A stretch of DNA of 64,000 nt from Felis catus (Eukaryota): the NCBI RefSeq assembly GCF_018350175.1, contig NC_058368.1, positions 234,672,001 through 234,736,000 on the forward strand, read 5' to 3'. The notes beneath the pieces are model-generated. The model searched no databases, was not told the origin of the DNA, and was given only the letters and a program-made list of their open reading frames with translations. The stretch's first letter is position 1, and each line of letters begins with the position of its first letter. Below, piece by piece: positions 23,260 to 36,862 of the stretch. Made by a program: the position numbers and the translations under genes.

Positions 23260-23770
23260 TACACAGTTAGCACTGACTGAGAGATAAATACACATCAGTC
23301 CCGTCGTCAGGCACCATGGGTCTAGTCGGTGGAGGGAGATTGTGCAGTTGAGGCAGTAGGGCCCACGGCGCAAGTCAGCACAGGCTCTGAGCGGTGGGGG
23401 CTGTGGGGTGGAGTCGTCAGTTCTGCCTTTGGTGGAAGCGGAGGCTCAGAAAAGTTACCCGGAAGTGACTTTTGGGTCGAATTATGAGAAAGGAGTTGAG
23501 AAACACCAGGCCCCAAGACGAAGGAGCGATGATGGCCCTGGACCATGGGCATGAAGCAGGTGCTGCCTTCAGGGGGCCTGTCAATAGCTTAGTGTGGTTG
23601 GATAGTGGTAGCATCTGCGTATGTGTGTGTGTGGGGGGGGGGCCTTCATCAGGGATCGTGACGGGTGGGGAGCAGACAGACAGCAACAGGAGGCGGGATC
23701 ACGGGGGGGGGGTTCAGTGCCACAGCAAACAATTCAGATTCTATTCTAGTGACCCTGGCAAGCTAGTTGA
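23260..23770 (+). mobile_element. L2 relic
   Basis: GGAAGTGACTTTTGGGTCGAATTATGAG..GGAGTT and GCCACAGCAAACAATTCAGATTCTATTCT resemble L2. Confidence 0.45.
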
Positions 23771-23789
23771 TGGCCTTTCAACTTTGTAA

Positions 23790-24250
23790 AACGTTTTTCA
23801 CTTGACGTAATTTTGGACTTCCGAGAGAGTTGCAAAGATAGCACTCAGTTCCCGCACACCCCTCCTCTGACTCCGTCTAATGTCCACATCTGTGTGAGGC
23901 TGGCACACACGACAAAGACATTAACCCTGGTCTGGTATTATTAGCTCAGCTACAGATGAGTCAGATTTCATCAGGTTCACACGTATGTCCTTTTCTGTAG
24001 CGGGATCCCGTGAGGGGCTCATGACCTTTTCGTCCTCGTGCTCCCCCGTCCTTCATAACTTGTTCATCTCCCTGACGTGTTTGGAGACTATTGGTCAGGT
24101 ATTTCATAAAATGGCTTTCCCTCCCCTCCCCTCCCCTCCCCTCCCCTCTCCTCTCCTTCCTTCTTTCATTTTTGAGCACTTTCTTACCTCATGGCACCAC
24201 AAAGTGCTCCAGACTCACGTCGCGTTGTGCTTCCTTTGCCCCTCGCTAAC
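23790..24250 (-). mobile_element. Old L1 (L1MC4/5-like) 3' end
   Basis: TAATTTTGGACTTCCGAGAGAGTTGCAAAGATAGCAC..., TGTCCTTTTCTGTAGCGGGATCCC. Confidence 0.6.
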
Positions 24251-24699
24251 TTTGCTTTCTGAGCAGTGAGTGGCATGACTGAAATCCCCTGACGTGACAA
24301 GATCCGTGTTGAAAAGATCCCCTATGCAGAGGATGGACGGGTGTGGAAAGGTGCGACTGTGGCACTGATCGGGCTGGAGATGAAGAAGCTGAGGCCAAGT
24401 CAGCGGCATCAAGGGAGGAGGAACCGGGGGTGCTGGGGAGGAGGGGAGGAGGTGGCTGTATGTGACGAACAGGTTTCTGTGATGATGGGTGGACGCGTGG
24501 TTGGTTCCTGGGACAGGAAACACGGGAAGGGGTTTGGCTTTGCTCTTTTGGCTTCCAGTGGCAGTGTCACCACACCCGTTTTCGGTGCTCTTCTTCTGGG
24601 CTCTTTCTGTGTTGTCTCCTTGGTTCTCGGGATCTTCTCCTTTCTTAGCACAACTTCCCTGAGTTGCCTCACTTCTTGCAACTGGGATACTCACGGCTC

Positions 24700-25950
24700 A
24701 CGTAGCCCTTTGTGCCTGAGATTTGCAAGGATGACCTCCTTTCTTGCCCTGCCAGGCACCGTTGTAGACAACGGGAGGCAACTGTCACGGCCAGCTAACC
24801 GCTCTCCTGAAGCTGGCAATTCTAGGACACGTAATAAACAAGTGAACCAATGAACAGCCCAGAGCATTCTAGCTAGTGGAATAAGCGTGATGCCGGGCAC
24901 ACAGTGAAGTAATCTGAAGGAAAGGGACTGAGGATGGGAGAGGGCTAACCTTGACTGAGAGGTCACTGCAAGTCCCGTTAAAGAGGGGCATTTGAGCCAA
25001 GATCTGCAGGGAAGAGCCAGCCATATAACTATCCAAGGAGAGAACATTTCAGACAAGGGACTGGCTCGTGCGCAGCCCCCAAGAAGAAGGTGCACATTAT
25101 AGGAACAGAGAGAAAATCCACGTGGCTGAAAAATGGTGGACCGGGTGGGAGACAGCAGGTGAGATCAGATGGGAGACATTGCAGGTGGACTGGTTGGCCG
25201 TAGGAGGATGACGAGTTATATTTGAGGGGGAGGAGAAAGCCATCGAAGACTTCCTCGAGGAATAACCTGATCTGATCTATGCTTTTAAAAATTCTCTCTA
25301 GGGGCGCCTGGGTGGCTCATTCGGTTAAGCGTCCAACTTCAGCTCAGGTCACGATCTCGCGGTCCGTGAGTTCGAGCCCCGCGTCGGGCTCTGGGCTGAT
25401 GGCTCAGAGCCTGGAGCCTGCTTCGGATTCTGTGTCTCCCTCTCTCTCTGCCCCTTCCCCGTTCATGCTCTGTCTCTCTCTGTCTGAAAAATAAATAAAC
25501 GTTAAACAAAAATTAAAAAAAAATTCTCTCTAGCCTCTGTGGCCCCGGGGCTGTAGGAAGGCAGCAGTGGGCGCAGGGAGACAAGTCAGGTGAAAGAAGG
25601 GGAGGGATTTGAACAGGGGACAGAGATGGGCAGAGGGCACGCCGGAGACGTGATGGCAGCATTTGCTGATGACGTGGGAGGAAAAACATCAAGGATGAAA
25701 TCTAAGTTTTCAGCTTGAGCAACTGGGAACTGAGGACAGCTCACTGGGGGGCAGGCGTGGGAGGGGCAAGTCTGCAGTGAGGGGATTAAGCCTGTGGTCC
25801 TGGGCATGTTGATTTGTGATGCTGATTACGAGTCCTGGCAGGCAGGTTGAGAAGGCAGCCCTGGGTGTAGTGCTCGGGTGAAATATTGAGACTTGCCAGT
25901 CTGAGGGTGGGGTTCCAGGTCTTGGGCCTGGAAGGGGTCGTTGTGGGAGA
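24700..25950 (+). mobile_element. L2 relic interrupted by a Can-SINE
   Basis: GAGGGGCATTTGAGCCAAGATCTG, GAGAACATTTCAGACAAGGGA, CATCAAGGATGAAATCTAAGTTTTCAGCTTGAGCAACTGG. Confidence 0.7.
25301..25518 (+). mobile_element. Felid Can-SINE
   Basis: Full copy; TSD AAAAATTCTCTCTAG on both sides. Confidence 0.96.
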
Positions 25951-26324
25951 AGGTACAGCTGGTGAGCTTGACTTTTGTGCCTTCAGAAACCCCAGCCCCC
26001 AAACGATTGCTTTAGCCACACAAGGTGGTCAACTTCACTCACCTACAAATAAAACTACAAGTCCTGATAAGAAAGAGAATATGGTTAAGATGGGACAAAA
26101 AATGGAATTAAGTGATTGCAACACCAAAGGCTAAGAAACAGCTGCCATGCCCGTAGTCCATTGTCTCGGGGACCAACGAGAACCCGCAGGGACGCTGGGC
26201 CTGTCCCTGTGACTGGGAGTCACGAAGGGAGCAGCAGGGGACAGAAGCAGAGCCATGCTATGCAGGAGATGCCCTCAATCTAACTTCTCCTAAGGAGAAT
26301 ATTTAAAATAAGATTCCTTGGTTT

Positions 26325-26832
26325 TGTCAAAGCAGGAAGGGTGACAGAGGAATCTAACAGGGGACAGGAGAGGGGGGGGCCTCGGGAAAACAGCCCGGGG
26401 TCCGGGGCCAAGGCTCACAGCCACCGCTGGGAGGTCTGGGCAGAGTCACTGGGGGTGATGGTCACTGAGGACTGGGTCAGTCTGGGCAACCAGAAAGTGA
26501 GGATTTAAGAGGGCAAGACTGGGGAGGTCTGCATAATATGCACAGTTTGTCTGAGAAAGTCTCGGTGGGATCCAGTTCTTCTGAGGTCTTTGCTCCGCAA
26601 TGGCCTATCCAAGGCAGGAATTAGGACCTCAAGAGGAGGCACACTAAAGGTGAGCCATTCAAGGTGCACCAGAATGTGTAACACGACATTAGGAAGGGAT
26701 TGGATTGGCTCTGACAGGGACCGTCCCGGGTAGGATTATCTAACTCAGGGGCACGTAGGCATTGTTACTGTGAGCGGCAGATGCCTAACTTCCTGATTTC
26801 AGCTCTTCCGCGGTGGGATACTTCACCAGACA
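26325..26832 (-). mobile_element. Possible solo ERV LTR, family unassigned
   Basis: TG..CA ends; on the minus strand tandem CCAAT, then a TATA-like CTTAAAT, and a CTTCCTGCTTTGACA end; no TSD seen. Confidence 0.35.
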
Positions 26833-27671
26833 AAATCTAGTGGGATGTGCTTGGAAAACAAATGTTGGAGTTTGGAATGCTAAGAGAAGATGAAAGGAAG
26901 GAAGACATGGATTTCTGGAAAACGGTGCTAATTTTCCATTTCATGGGGAAGGCAAAAAATAACCGAGGAAGCAAGTTGAAGTGTTAGAAACTCAGCTGAA
27001 CTTTCCTGAAAATAGTGTCAAAGAGAAGAGGGAAATAAAACACAAGAGGCCTACCCCCCCCCCACCCCCCATTTCAGGAACAGAACCGATGTCACGGAGA
27101 CATGCTAAACAGAGCCACCGGGGAGCGGAGGACGTGTCTCTAAGAGCACATGGTGTCTCTAGGCTTAGAGGGGGCAGACTCCAGAGGCACTGATAACTGG
27201 TTCATGAGTCCACTGGGGGTGGTTCTTCAGCAGGAGAACAGCTGGGGACGAGGGGAAGATGTCCAGTGGGGAGTGTTTCACAGTCTTCCAATTCCACGGC
27301 AGGAAGGGACGATGGCCATCGTTGTGACCCAGCCGAACTCATAAGAGAAACCATTACATATGAGACAGAGCCCATCATCGCTGGGACCCTGGGACGGGAA
27401 GCAGAGGGACGTCAGGAGGAAAATGGAGATTGAAAGCATTTGTATGTGCAGGAAGGAAGGGGTCTCTCAAATGAGACCCAGAGATGGGTTCCCCACCGCT
27501 GCCAATTTCTAATCTTTGCAGAAGGGACATGTGTCTGAAATATGACTGTCTGAGATGAAGAGACAGGACACATGTCCCCCCCCCTAAGTTTGGTAAATGC
27601 GGTGTCCAAAGCAAGCATGATAGAGGACTGTATTCATGCGGGCTCAGGTCACAGGCTGTAGACTCGGCATT

Positions 27672-27930
27672 CAGGGCTGGCTGCACGTGCCCTGTGCTCG
27701 GAAGGGGCCTGCACTTGTTCTGATGCTCTGTGTGGTCACCGGTTTGGAATTACTAATCATTTCATATTTGAACGTGGGCTTTGTAAGTGAAATCTGATGG
27801 GACAGTGAAGCATGCATATGAACGGAGGAAATCTGTGCGGTGAGCACACCGTTCCCGGCCACCTTCATCACGTGTAATGTTGGCTGAGCCCACGAGGCCA
27901 GAATTCTCATGGACTCTCCATGGGTGGGGA
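27672..27930 (+). mobile_element. hAT-Tip100 non-autonomous element 5' part (MER45B-like)
   Basis: Starts CAGGGCTGGCT; GAAGGGGCCTGCACTTG..TGATGCTCTG; TTTGTAAGTGAAATCTGATGGGACAGTGAAGCATGC. Confidence 0.75.
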
Positions 27931-28014
27931 GAGTTTTCTGACTTTTCTGAATTTTCTGGTGTCCCACCAGTGCTGAGACGGTCGTATGGCTTTGATTAAC
28001 TCTTTAGATTCTTA

Positions 28015-28230
28015 AAAAAAAAATTTTTTTTAATGTTTATTTATTTTTGAGAGAGAGAAACACAGCACAAGCAGGGGAGGGGCAGAGAAGGAAGGAGACA
28101 GAATCGGAAGCAGGCTCCAGGCTCTGAGCTGTCAGCACAGAGCCCTACGCGGAGCTCGCACCCACAGACAGTGAGATCATGACCTGAGCCAAAGTCGGAC
28201 GCTCAACCGACTGACCCACCCAGGCGCCCC
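28015..28230 (-). mobile_element. Can-SINE
   Basis: Reverse SINE ending CCACCCAGGCGCCCC; degenerate TSD TCTT.A.ATTCTT. Confidence 0.93.
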
Positions 28231-28989
28231 TCTTCAAATTCTTTAAAGAGTGAAGATTGTGAGCACATTGGGGTTGAATGGACCCAGTCTCTGAGGTCTT
28301 GAAGGACCCATGACAACTTTTAAGGCAAATGATTCAGGCCCAGCTTCTGGAAAGAGCCTGATGTTGCTGGCATTTGAGAGAGAATGGAGCAAACTAGAGT
28401 ATTTTTTTTTCCCATTCTAATTTCTTTAAACTTAAGTGTTTCTTTAAAGTATTTCTTCAGCTTTTACAAGTTTCCTTGGAGGTTAGGTTTTGGATTTTAA
28501 TTCCTCTGGCTTAGCAATTTTTTATTTTCATTTCTCTGGATTTTCACTTAGGAGCGAAAGGGAATTGAATCTTGGGATGTTAATCCTGACCTTCCCCTGG
28601 TCTAACGCCAGCATCCCGTCCACCAGGCGCCCACACGGCACACAGCCACGCACGCGCTGTCTGCTCCGATCACACTGGGCCCCGCGATGCCTGAAGAGGC
28701 ATACACTGTCCCCTCTGTCTGGACTATCTCTCCCTCCTCCTGTGTCTTGCAAACTCAAAGTTTTTTGCCAGTATCGCTTATTTCCTATGACTCGCTTCTT
28801 TGTCTCCACTCTCAGTCATTTTGCTGGTCTCCCCTGGGGACAGAAAAGGGGACTCCTGCTGTGACGTGTCTACTCTGACCCCGCAGCTCTGCATTCCCTT
28901 GGCCTTGGGGTTGCCAGGGCCTGGCCTTCAACTCTGCCCTCGTCCAAGGTTGTGCAAGCTCTGGAGGAATGACGTGCGTCACACGCACT

Positions 28990-29484
28990 GCTGGTTTCTT
29001 CATTTACAGCGGGTCACCTGTCTCTTTAGATGCCACACATCTCCTGAGCTCTGACTACTTCAGTTCAGGCCCCTCTTTGGCATTAGCGTCTCTGCTATCC
29101 TGGCAGCTGTTACTTGGTTTTCTGTCTCCTCTCTCCACCCTTCTCCACCTGCCGCGTGCTGGAGAAGACGGACCCACATAGACCAACCCTCCTCCGTCTT
29201 CCCACTGGATTTGGCCGCTGGCGCTGGCAGATGGTCTTTTGGTTCCCACCTAGGAGGTCTCACTCAGCATCTCAGTTAACTTCTCTCTGGGTTTTGGAAG
29301 CACCCCAGCCCTTTGCCTTTGGGTCTAGTTGTTAGGGTCTCCTGGTGCTCCCAGGCTCAGGGTGTCGGGTGTTCCCCTGTTGGGTTTTCTTACCTCTGCC
29401 CACATCTCTGCAAATGCCTCCCTGCCAAGCTTTCTTCAAGTACTTGTTGACATGCTGTTGCTTGTGGGGACCCAGACTGACATA
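28990..29484 (+). mobile_element. ERVL LTR relic (LTR33-like)
   Basis: 3' end CCTCTGCCCACATCTCTGCAAATG...CTTCAAGTAC...GGGACCCAGACTGACA resembles the LTR33 terminus; start uncertain. Confidence 0.45.
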
Positions 29485-29614
29485 GTTGAGCAGCATAATC
29501 ATAATCATAAATTAATAATAATTATTAATATTTAACATAGTATTTTAGTAATTATTTATTATTATTATAGCAAAATGAGGTGAATTCTCTTGAAGACTAT
29601 TTCATCAAGACCTT

Positions 29615-30161
29615 TGTTTTAGTTTTCTCTTGCTGCATGACAAACCAAACTTAGTATTTGAGAACAACACCCATTTATATTATGTCCTAGCTCTGTAGGT
29701 CTGAAGCCCAAACTCAGCTGGGTCCTCATGGAAAAAAAGAGCCGCCGACACATGCCAACATGTGGGCAGGGACTTGCTTCCAAGCTCATTCAGACTGATG
29801 GCAGAATCCAGTTCTTTGTGGTTGTGGGACTGAGGTCTCCATTCTCTTGCAGGCTGTTGGCTGGGGATTATCCACTCAGAAGCAGTGCTCATGTTCCTTT
29901 GTACTTGACCTCTCCGTCTTCAAAGGCAGCAGAGAAGAATTTCTCTTGCATCAAATCCCTTTCAACTTTGAACATCCTTCTCTAAGAAGAACTGTATCCA
30001 TGTTAATGGCTCACTTGATTAGGTTAGTGGTGCCATTTCCACACCTCATCACTTGGCCACTGACCCATCATAGTTACAGGGCCCTCCCAACTCAAGAGGA
30101 GGGGGTTCTACAGGGCGTGTGTGAGCCATTGCTGGGTCATTTTAGAAATCTGCACACCACA
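29615..30161 (-). mobile_element. MaLR solo LTR (MLT1E/F/G group)
   Basis: GCTTCCAAGCTCATTCAG..TGGCAGAATCCAGTTCTTTGTGGTTGTGGGACTGAGGTC; ACTCAAGAGGAGGGG; ends CACCACA. Confidence 0.8.
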
Positions 30162-32635
30162 GACTTGACGAATCATGATGCATCACCCAATTTCTCACTT
30201 CCCCAGTGGCAATAACATGTCTCCCTTGGATTTTGAGTCTTTTCCTTGGAAAGCTGTGGACAAACCCAGCTACCTTCTGGATCTTTGTCCTAGCTTTTGT
30301 GTGCTCCTGGCTCCTATTTGGAGACTTATTGCCCTCGTAGGAGGTGTTTGGAAAGGAATAGGGTGGTTTTTATTTCCATCACTACTGAGGGGCCTACCAG
30401 CAACCTGGTGGGCTTCGACCAGGGGTGCTGGACACACTCATGATGTGAGAGCCCTGCACAATACTTTCTCCTGCCCACGTGGTTTATCAGGAGAGAACAC
30501 TATACCACAGATTAGGTTTCTGCTTCCTCAACTGTAATTACATTCCAGCTGCTTCCAGAATATGTCCAGGTTGTGCTTTGGGCAAAAACTTTTGCCTGCC
30601 TTTGTATGAAGTGACCATTTTTAGACAGCGTGTAAATGGGCCCTGGGAACCCGAGGGAAAACAAACAGCTCCTAAGTGACACCAGTAATAGAGGGCTGGA
30701 GCTTAGGCTGAGGAAGAGAAAATGATTCTGGAAGAGTTTTTCTATGGCTACTTGATGAAAGACCCATCACATCACTGTCAATACCAGGTCCTACAGGATG
30801 GATGTGAAGCCTGGAAAGACTGACCACTCCCCAAGTCAAAATAGCTCTAGCCGCATTATTTTGGGGGGTCCCCCAAATTCAGTCTCCCTAGGATCTGTCT
30901 CACCTTTTCTACTGCTAATTCCAGTGACCAACAACTATTTCTTGAGTTTATGTCATGAACCAGGCACCGTTCTAATTACCTCTTGCTTAAGATTTGCCTT
31001 TTCGTCTTATTTAGTTTCTGTCTCCCAGGCTAGGCCCACTCCAGTTAATTCTGTATTCTGATAATCTCAAGTAATCATGTCACGTTATTGACCAAAACCC
31101 TTTAGAACTTCTCCTGTGCCTTCTGTGGTTAAAATCCTAGAGGGCAAGACGCAGTCTTCTCCAGCATGATTCCAAACCACCTTTCATGTCCTCCCCCCAA
31201 CTTCCAAGCCACTGCCCTTCGGGAAGGATTAGCTTCCCTGAGTTTGCTTTCACCTTTACTGTGTTTAACCCATGTCTCCTTCCTAAAATGCGTCCCGTTT
31301 CCCCTAAAACATTCTACCCCTTGAAATAGAACTCATCCTACAAAACCTTGCTAAATAGTTTGTCGTTCATGAAACTTTGCATGTTTTTTTCTAAAGAGAT
31401 AGAACTTGTTCCCCGTTAAAGTTTGAGGGGGGTTTTCCTCCCTCTGCTTTATGTTTCCTTTCCTGTGTCCTTATTCAGAAAGTGTTTGTTGAATTGAAGT
31501 CACTGTGTGGTTGCTATAGGTCTCTGACTGTTGAGTATCGCTGCGTACAGGAGAGGTGCCTTTCTTCTCTTGGGACTTTGAAAATAGGATGTGACACATA
31601 TGTGGCATCAGTAGGTTAATATATGTAAGTGGCAACCCTCCCCTAGAATTGTCAGATTACAACCGCACGGCGCTTTCTCATGTGACATAGGGCTATTCAC
31701 CCACACACATGCTTTCAGATACAATCTACAATTGTTGTGTTTTATGGCTCCTACAGCATTTTAGCCTAAGCTGTTTTGTTTGATGCTCTTAATACTATCC
31801 TATGAGGTTGTGTAATATAAATAATATGTGGGAATTGTATCTGTTGAAATAAATTTCCTACAGTCTCAATATCAATGGAAATATAAAACCTTTCTTATTA
31901 TGCATTGTAAATAACACAAATGACATACAATATCATGGATGCTTACCACTGGCTTTTTTACTGACCATGGCTAATAGATCTATACACATACAGAGTCTGT
32001 ACGTGTCACATAACGATGCGTGAGCTTTTACTCAACATATGTTTTTCCTAAAGTGAATGTGTCTTTGACCTTGGCTGTTTGCATTTGAGATAGGAGAAAC
32101 CGATGGCTTCCATTTATTAGTGTTGTTCAGTGAATAGCATGGCTTTGGAGACCATTGACCCTTCATACTGTGGTCTTTAGCTCAGGAGAAATTGTTTTTT
32201 CCTGTATGTTATCAGCTAATATTATTGTAATTAAAGATTATTTTTTTCTCCATATCTCTATTTTATAAAGAATGAAAAAGCAAAGCCTAAGAAACTGCCT
32301 GAGTTGCCACGTTAGGGGCAGGTGTTGGAGAATCTGGGAGAGCCACCGCGGCAGTGACCCCCATTTGGGGGCCATAAGGGCAGAGAGAGATCTCTCGCAG
32401 CCCAGCTTTCTCATCAGGAAGCGGCTGGAGCAGAGGTGCCAAATTATTTTCTTCCAAAAAAGCATCCTTGTGTGCCAGATCCTATGCTGGGTGAAAGTTG
32501 TTCCAGGCTCCCCCTAGAGTGGTAACGAGTGGGGGATCTGCAAGAAATGAAGGCTTTGTCTGGCTCTTACTCAGGGCAATTCGTCTCGTGCCCCAAGGCT
32601 GGGGTCTGAGCGTATGGACTCCACGTCTCCTGTTC

Positions 32636-32945
32636 CCTTTGCAGGTTGGTCTCTCCAGGAGGCTGACTCTGAGACAGAGTTCAGGGTGTAGGATATTTAT
32701 TGAGGAGGTCCCTTGGGATCAACAGCTGTGGAAGGGTAAGGGGGGAAGTAGGATTGGGCAGAGGGCAAAGCTGGGTTGAAATGCAGCCCGAGGATGGCCT
32801 TGGCCAGCTCCACGAGAGCTCTGAAGCAAAAATGGCCCATCACAGTTGTCTTGAATTAGCTAAAGTAGCCAGTCATTTATACCCTCGCCTCAACCAGGCA
32901 TTAGATGTGATCCAGTTCTGGGGAAGGCATGATCTCGGGTGAGGA
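32636..32945 (-). mobile_element. ERVL LTR (LTR16C-like)
   Basis: GACTCTGAGACAGAGTT..AGGATATTTATT..CCTTGGGATCAACAGCTGTGGAAGGG..GTAGGATTGGGCAGAGGG. Confidence 0.75.
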
Positions 32946-33802
32946 GATTGAGTATAGACCTTCATGTCCCCTGTGTATGAGCTAGGAAATGGTGCCCCTC
33001 TGGGAAGATGCAATTCCTCTGTGCAACAGTTGGGACCCTTACCAGTTTTTGGCCCTCACTTGCCCAGGAAAAGTGACTTTGGTAGGTTAGCCCCTTCTGG
33101 TGTCTCTGAGGTTCAGACCCCTGATAGGGGAATTGGAAATGCCTAGGGGTAGGATGGTCTTGGGGGACTTGTCCATAATCCTAAGCATCCCAACTCAGAA
33201 ACCCAAGAGTAAAGGTCTTGGAAGCCATGTCCTTGAGATATGTTTCTGAGAGCATCCCGCCTCCTTGAGATTCAAATAGGCAATTTGCCGTCAGACTGGA
33301 TCCCTTCTGCCTGGTGCATCAAGCCACATTTAAAGAGACCAGAAAGTCTTTTCATATTCCAAATAAAACTTCTCAGTAAGATTCCAAAGGAGGTCAAAAT
33401 GACTCTCTAATTGTTTAAACACAGAGCTGACACTATGTATAAGCAGAGTTTGAGATAATCATTATCTTTGCCAGCTCTCGGGGAACTTCTGCTGTCGACT
33501 TGCTGTTGCCTCCATCTGAATGAGTGACATTTACAACCTTTAAACACAGGAAGAGGAGCTGTACCTGCCTTCCGGGTGACGTGAAGGTCCATGGAAATGC
33601 CAATCACAAGTGGAATTACTTCCATCCTCTGGATTTTATTACTCTAGGTTAGCTTTCTATTTCCATTGAAAATATTCTCTAACACGACCTTCAGATTGAT
33701 ACCTCTTTCCGGAGCTTCCATGCGGAAGTACATTTTTAACTACTTGTTAGAAATGATCCCTCCATGCACCGTAATGACATTGGATTAATCCAGGTTCACA
33801 TG

Positions 33803-33804
<2 letters not shown>

Positions 33805-33847
<43 letters not shown>
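33805..33847. repeat. (CA)n microsatellite, about 21 units
   Basis: Perfect AC run. Confidence 0.98.
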
Positions 33848-33849
<2 letters not shown>

Positions 33850-34473
33850 TTTAGAAACCAAATAAAACATATGTGACTATGGCCACTTATATATGACCAT
33901 AGAATTAATTGTGAGTAGTTAGAGTTGCAAGGTTCCTTTGAGACCCTTCTATTTGAGATTATTTTAACAAAGGGGGAAGAAGTAAAGACCTTGGAGATTA
34001 AACCGTTACCGACAACCTCACGACTCTGTGTTCACCAGTTTCATAGAGCGTTTCACGTGCAGTAGATTCCTTTCTGGTGGTGAAGACGGCATTTCTTATT
34101 GTGCGCGATGACGGTGGTGGGGAGGAAACAGGAAGCGTGCAGTTGATGGTCGTGGCATCAGACAGTAGGGCTAACAGGTAGACTCGGCTACTCCCTTCTG
34201 CCTAGGGTTTTGTTCCCGTTGCACCATGGCATGTTTCAATTCCAGATTCCCCCAGTTGGAATGTTGAAACTGTCATTGCAGAAATACCCTTGTTGTCCAT
34301 AGCCCCCCGCCCTGCTTTTGTGCAAGGCTGTGGTCATCGCTTGGGTGGTGAGCACACCTATACCTGAATTAGCTTTAGGCTGTAGGGGCTCTGGGGGGAG
34401 ATAGCATTTCATTTATTAATTAGAGATAAGGCTTGGATTCTAGCCTTTTGGATGAAAACCGGACATTGTCTTT

Positions 34474-34891
34474 TGTATATGCTCTTAAATGATAATTTTA
34501 GGAAACGGTGAAATAATGATTCTCAAAGACATAAAATTAACACGCATCAAAGATTTTATTTCACTCCTTAATTAACGAGGGAATCAGTATGATGTTCTAA
34601 CTGGTAGGTAGTCAACTGTCAGTAATCAAGTGCCTCTCCACCAGACGCCAGTTGCTTCTTATGGGCGTGAATCACTAGCCAGTGTCATTACTGTGTCACC
34701 TACATAGTTGTAGAGACAGGGAAAGGCGGAGATTACCTGGAAGGGCGCCCTGCACAGCAGTGCAGATTTGCTCATTTCGAAGTCTTTTACGCATTTTCCT
34801 GACACTATAGTTTGAATGCTACCTTTGGACTCGGCTCTAATCTCTCATGGAAAGTTTGCCAGTGAAGTTAAAATGCTTACGTTTTTCTACA
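34474..34891 (-). mobile_element. Possible old solo LTR, family unassigned
   Basis: TG..CA ends with minus-strand AATAAA about 80 bp from the 3' end; no TSD seen. Confidence 0.3.
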
Positions 34892-35069
34892 TTGAATTCA
34901 TGTGGAGTTAACCTAGTAACAGAGTAATTGTTTTCACGCAAATATTTTTGTTAGCGAAAATCATAACTTTTATGTCTTTCAACTGGATGTGTTTGGAATT
35001 AATTTTTAAAAAGTACATCTAGGTTAGGATAATATAGGAGTTTGGGATTTCCATTCCCAACCTGCACAG

Positions 35070-35540
35070 GTTTATTATTATTCATTTTATTTTATTATTT
35101 TATTTATTATTTTTGTTTCCCTTCCCTTATGTTCATATGTTTTGCCTCTTAAAGTCCTCATATGAGTGAAGTCATCTGATTTTTGTCTTTCTCTGACTAA
35201 TTTTGCTTAGCATAATACCATCCAGTTCCATCCACGTAGTTGCAAATGGCAAGATTTCATTCTTTTTGATTGCTGAGTAATACTCCATTGTATATATATA
35301 CCACATCTTCTTTATCCGTTCATCTGTCAATGGACATTTGGGCTCTTTCCATACTTTGGTTATTGTCGATAGTGCTGCTATAAACATTGGGGTGCATGTG
35401 TCCCTTCGAAACAGCACACCTGTATCCCTTGGATAAATACCTAGTAGTGCAGTTGCTGGGTCGTAGGGTAGTTCTGTTTTTAGTTTTTTGAGGAACCTCC
35501 ATACCGTTTTCCATAGTGGCTGCACCAGCTTGCATTCCCA
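35070..35540 (-). mobile_element. Felid L1 3' fragment (ORF2 C-terminus and part of the 3'UTR)
   Basis: ORF 35172-35525 reads [56 protein letters not shown], the L1 ORF2 C-terminus. Confidence 0.95.
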
Positions 35541-35989
35541 AGGAAGAGTGTTTTTAAACTCATGATTCTTTCAGCACAAGATTGAGTGATTCTCTCTACC
35601 ATCTCCACTGTGAGTGCTGAATACTGGGCATGCTTCTCGGTGGATGTCACACAGTCCCTACCTGGGGTCATCAGAAGCACCTTAGAGCCCTGGCCCAGTG
35701 ACCACTCCCCTCCCCAGCTCTGCTGGATCTTTCTTTCTCCCATCAAATTCTCACTTTTGCTTTTGAGAAAGACATAAATTTACTAACCAAGGTACTCCTC
35801 TTCTCGAACACTGAGAGCAAAATACTTAACCAGTGGACACCCTTTTTCCCATTTCTGTGAAAAATGTGAAATGCCAAATAACTCCGAAGTAGGAAACAAA
35901 AACAGTCCCTCACTGTGCCATTCACACCCTTCCAGATCATAGTTTCCATCAGCTGTCCAATCAGCAGATCTAAATCTTTCATATTTGCA

Positions 35990-36396
35990 AGTTTTTATTT
36001 CAATTCCAGTGAGTTAATATACAGTGTTATATTAGTCTCAGGTGTACAGTTTAGTGAGTTAACATCTCCATACAACACCCATTGTTCATCAGGACAAGTG
36101 CCTCCTGAATCCTTATCACCTGCGTCACCCCCTCACCCCTGTCCATCTCTCCTCTGGTGACCAGCAGTTCTCTGCAGTTAAGAGTCTGTTTCTTGGTTTG
36201 CCTCTCTCTCTTTTTTTTCCTCTTTGCTCCTTTGTTTCTTAAATTCCACATAGGAGTGAAATCATATGGTATTTGTCTTTCTCTAACTTATTTCACTTAG
36301 CATTATACATTCTGGCTCCAGCCATGTCATTGCAAAAGGCAAGATTTTATTCTTTTTTATGGCTGAGTAATATTCCATCGTGTGTATATTCCATAT

Positions 36397-36441
<45 letters not shown>

Positions 36442-36862
36442 TTCCTTATCCATCCATCAGTCGATGGATATACACCATGTCTTCCTTATCCATCAGTCAA
36501 TGGACATTTGCATTGTTTCCATAATTTGGCTATTGTAGATAATGCTGCTATAAACACCAGGGTGTATGTATCTCTTTGACTTAGTATTTTTGTACTCTTT
36601 GGGTAAGTACCTAATGGTGCAGTTGCTAGATCATAGGGTAGTTCTATCTTTAACTTTTTGAGGAACCTCCATACTGTTTTCCACGGTGGCTGCACCAGTT
36701 TGCTTTCCCACCAGCAGTGCAAGAGGGTTCCCCCTTTTCCACATCCTTGCCAACATCTGCTGTTTCTTGTGTTGTTGATTTTAGCCATTCCGACCGGTGT
36801 GAGGTGGTATCTCATCGTGGTTTTGATTTGTATTTGCTGATGATCGGTGATGTTGAGCATCA
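35990..36862 (-). mobile_element. Carnivore L1 3' fragment containing a (TA)n tract
   Basis: ORF 36486-36863 contains [28 protein letters not shown] (ORF2 Cys-rich region), followed by a carnivore L1 3'UTR. Confidence 0.95.

Noticed and set aside
24215..25095. Overlapping 134-170 aa ORFs
   Set aside because: They lie in or next to L2 and L1 relics and show no coding signature.
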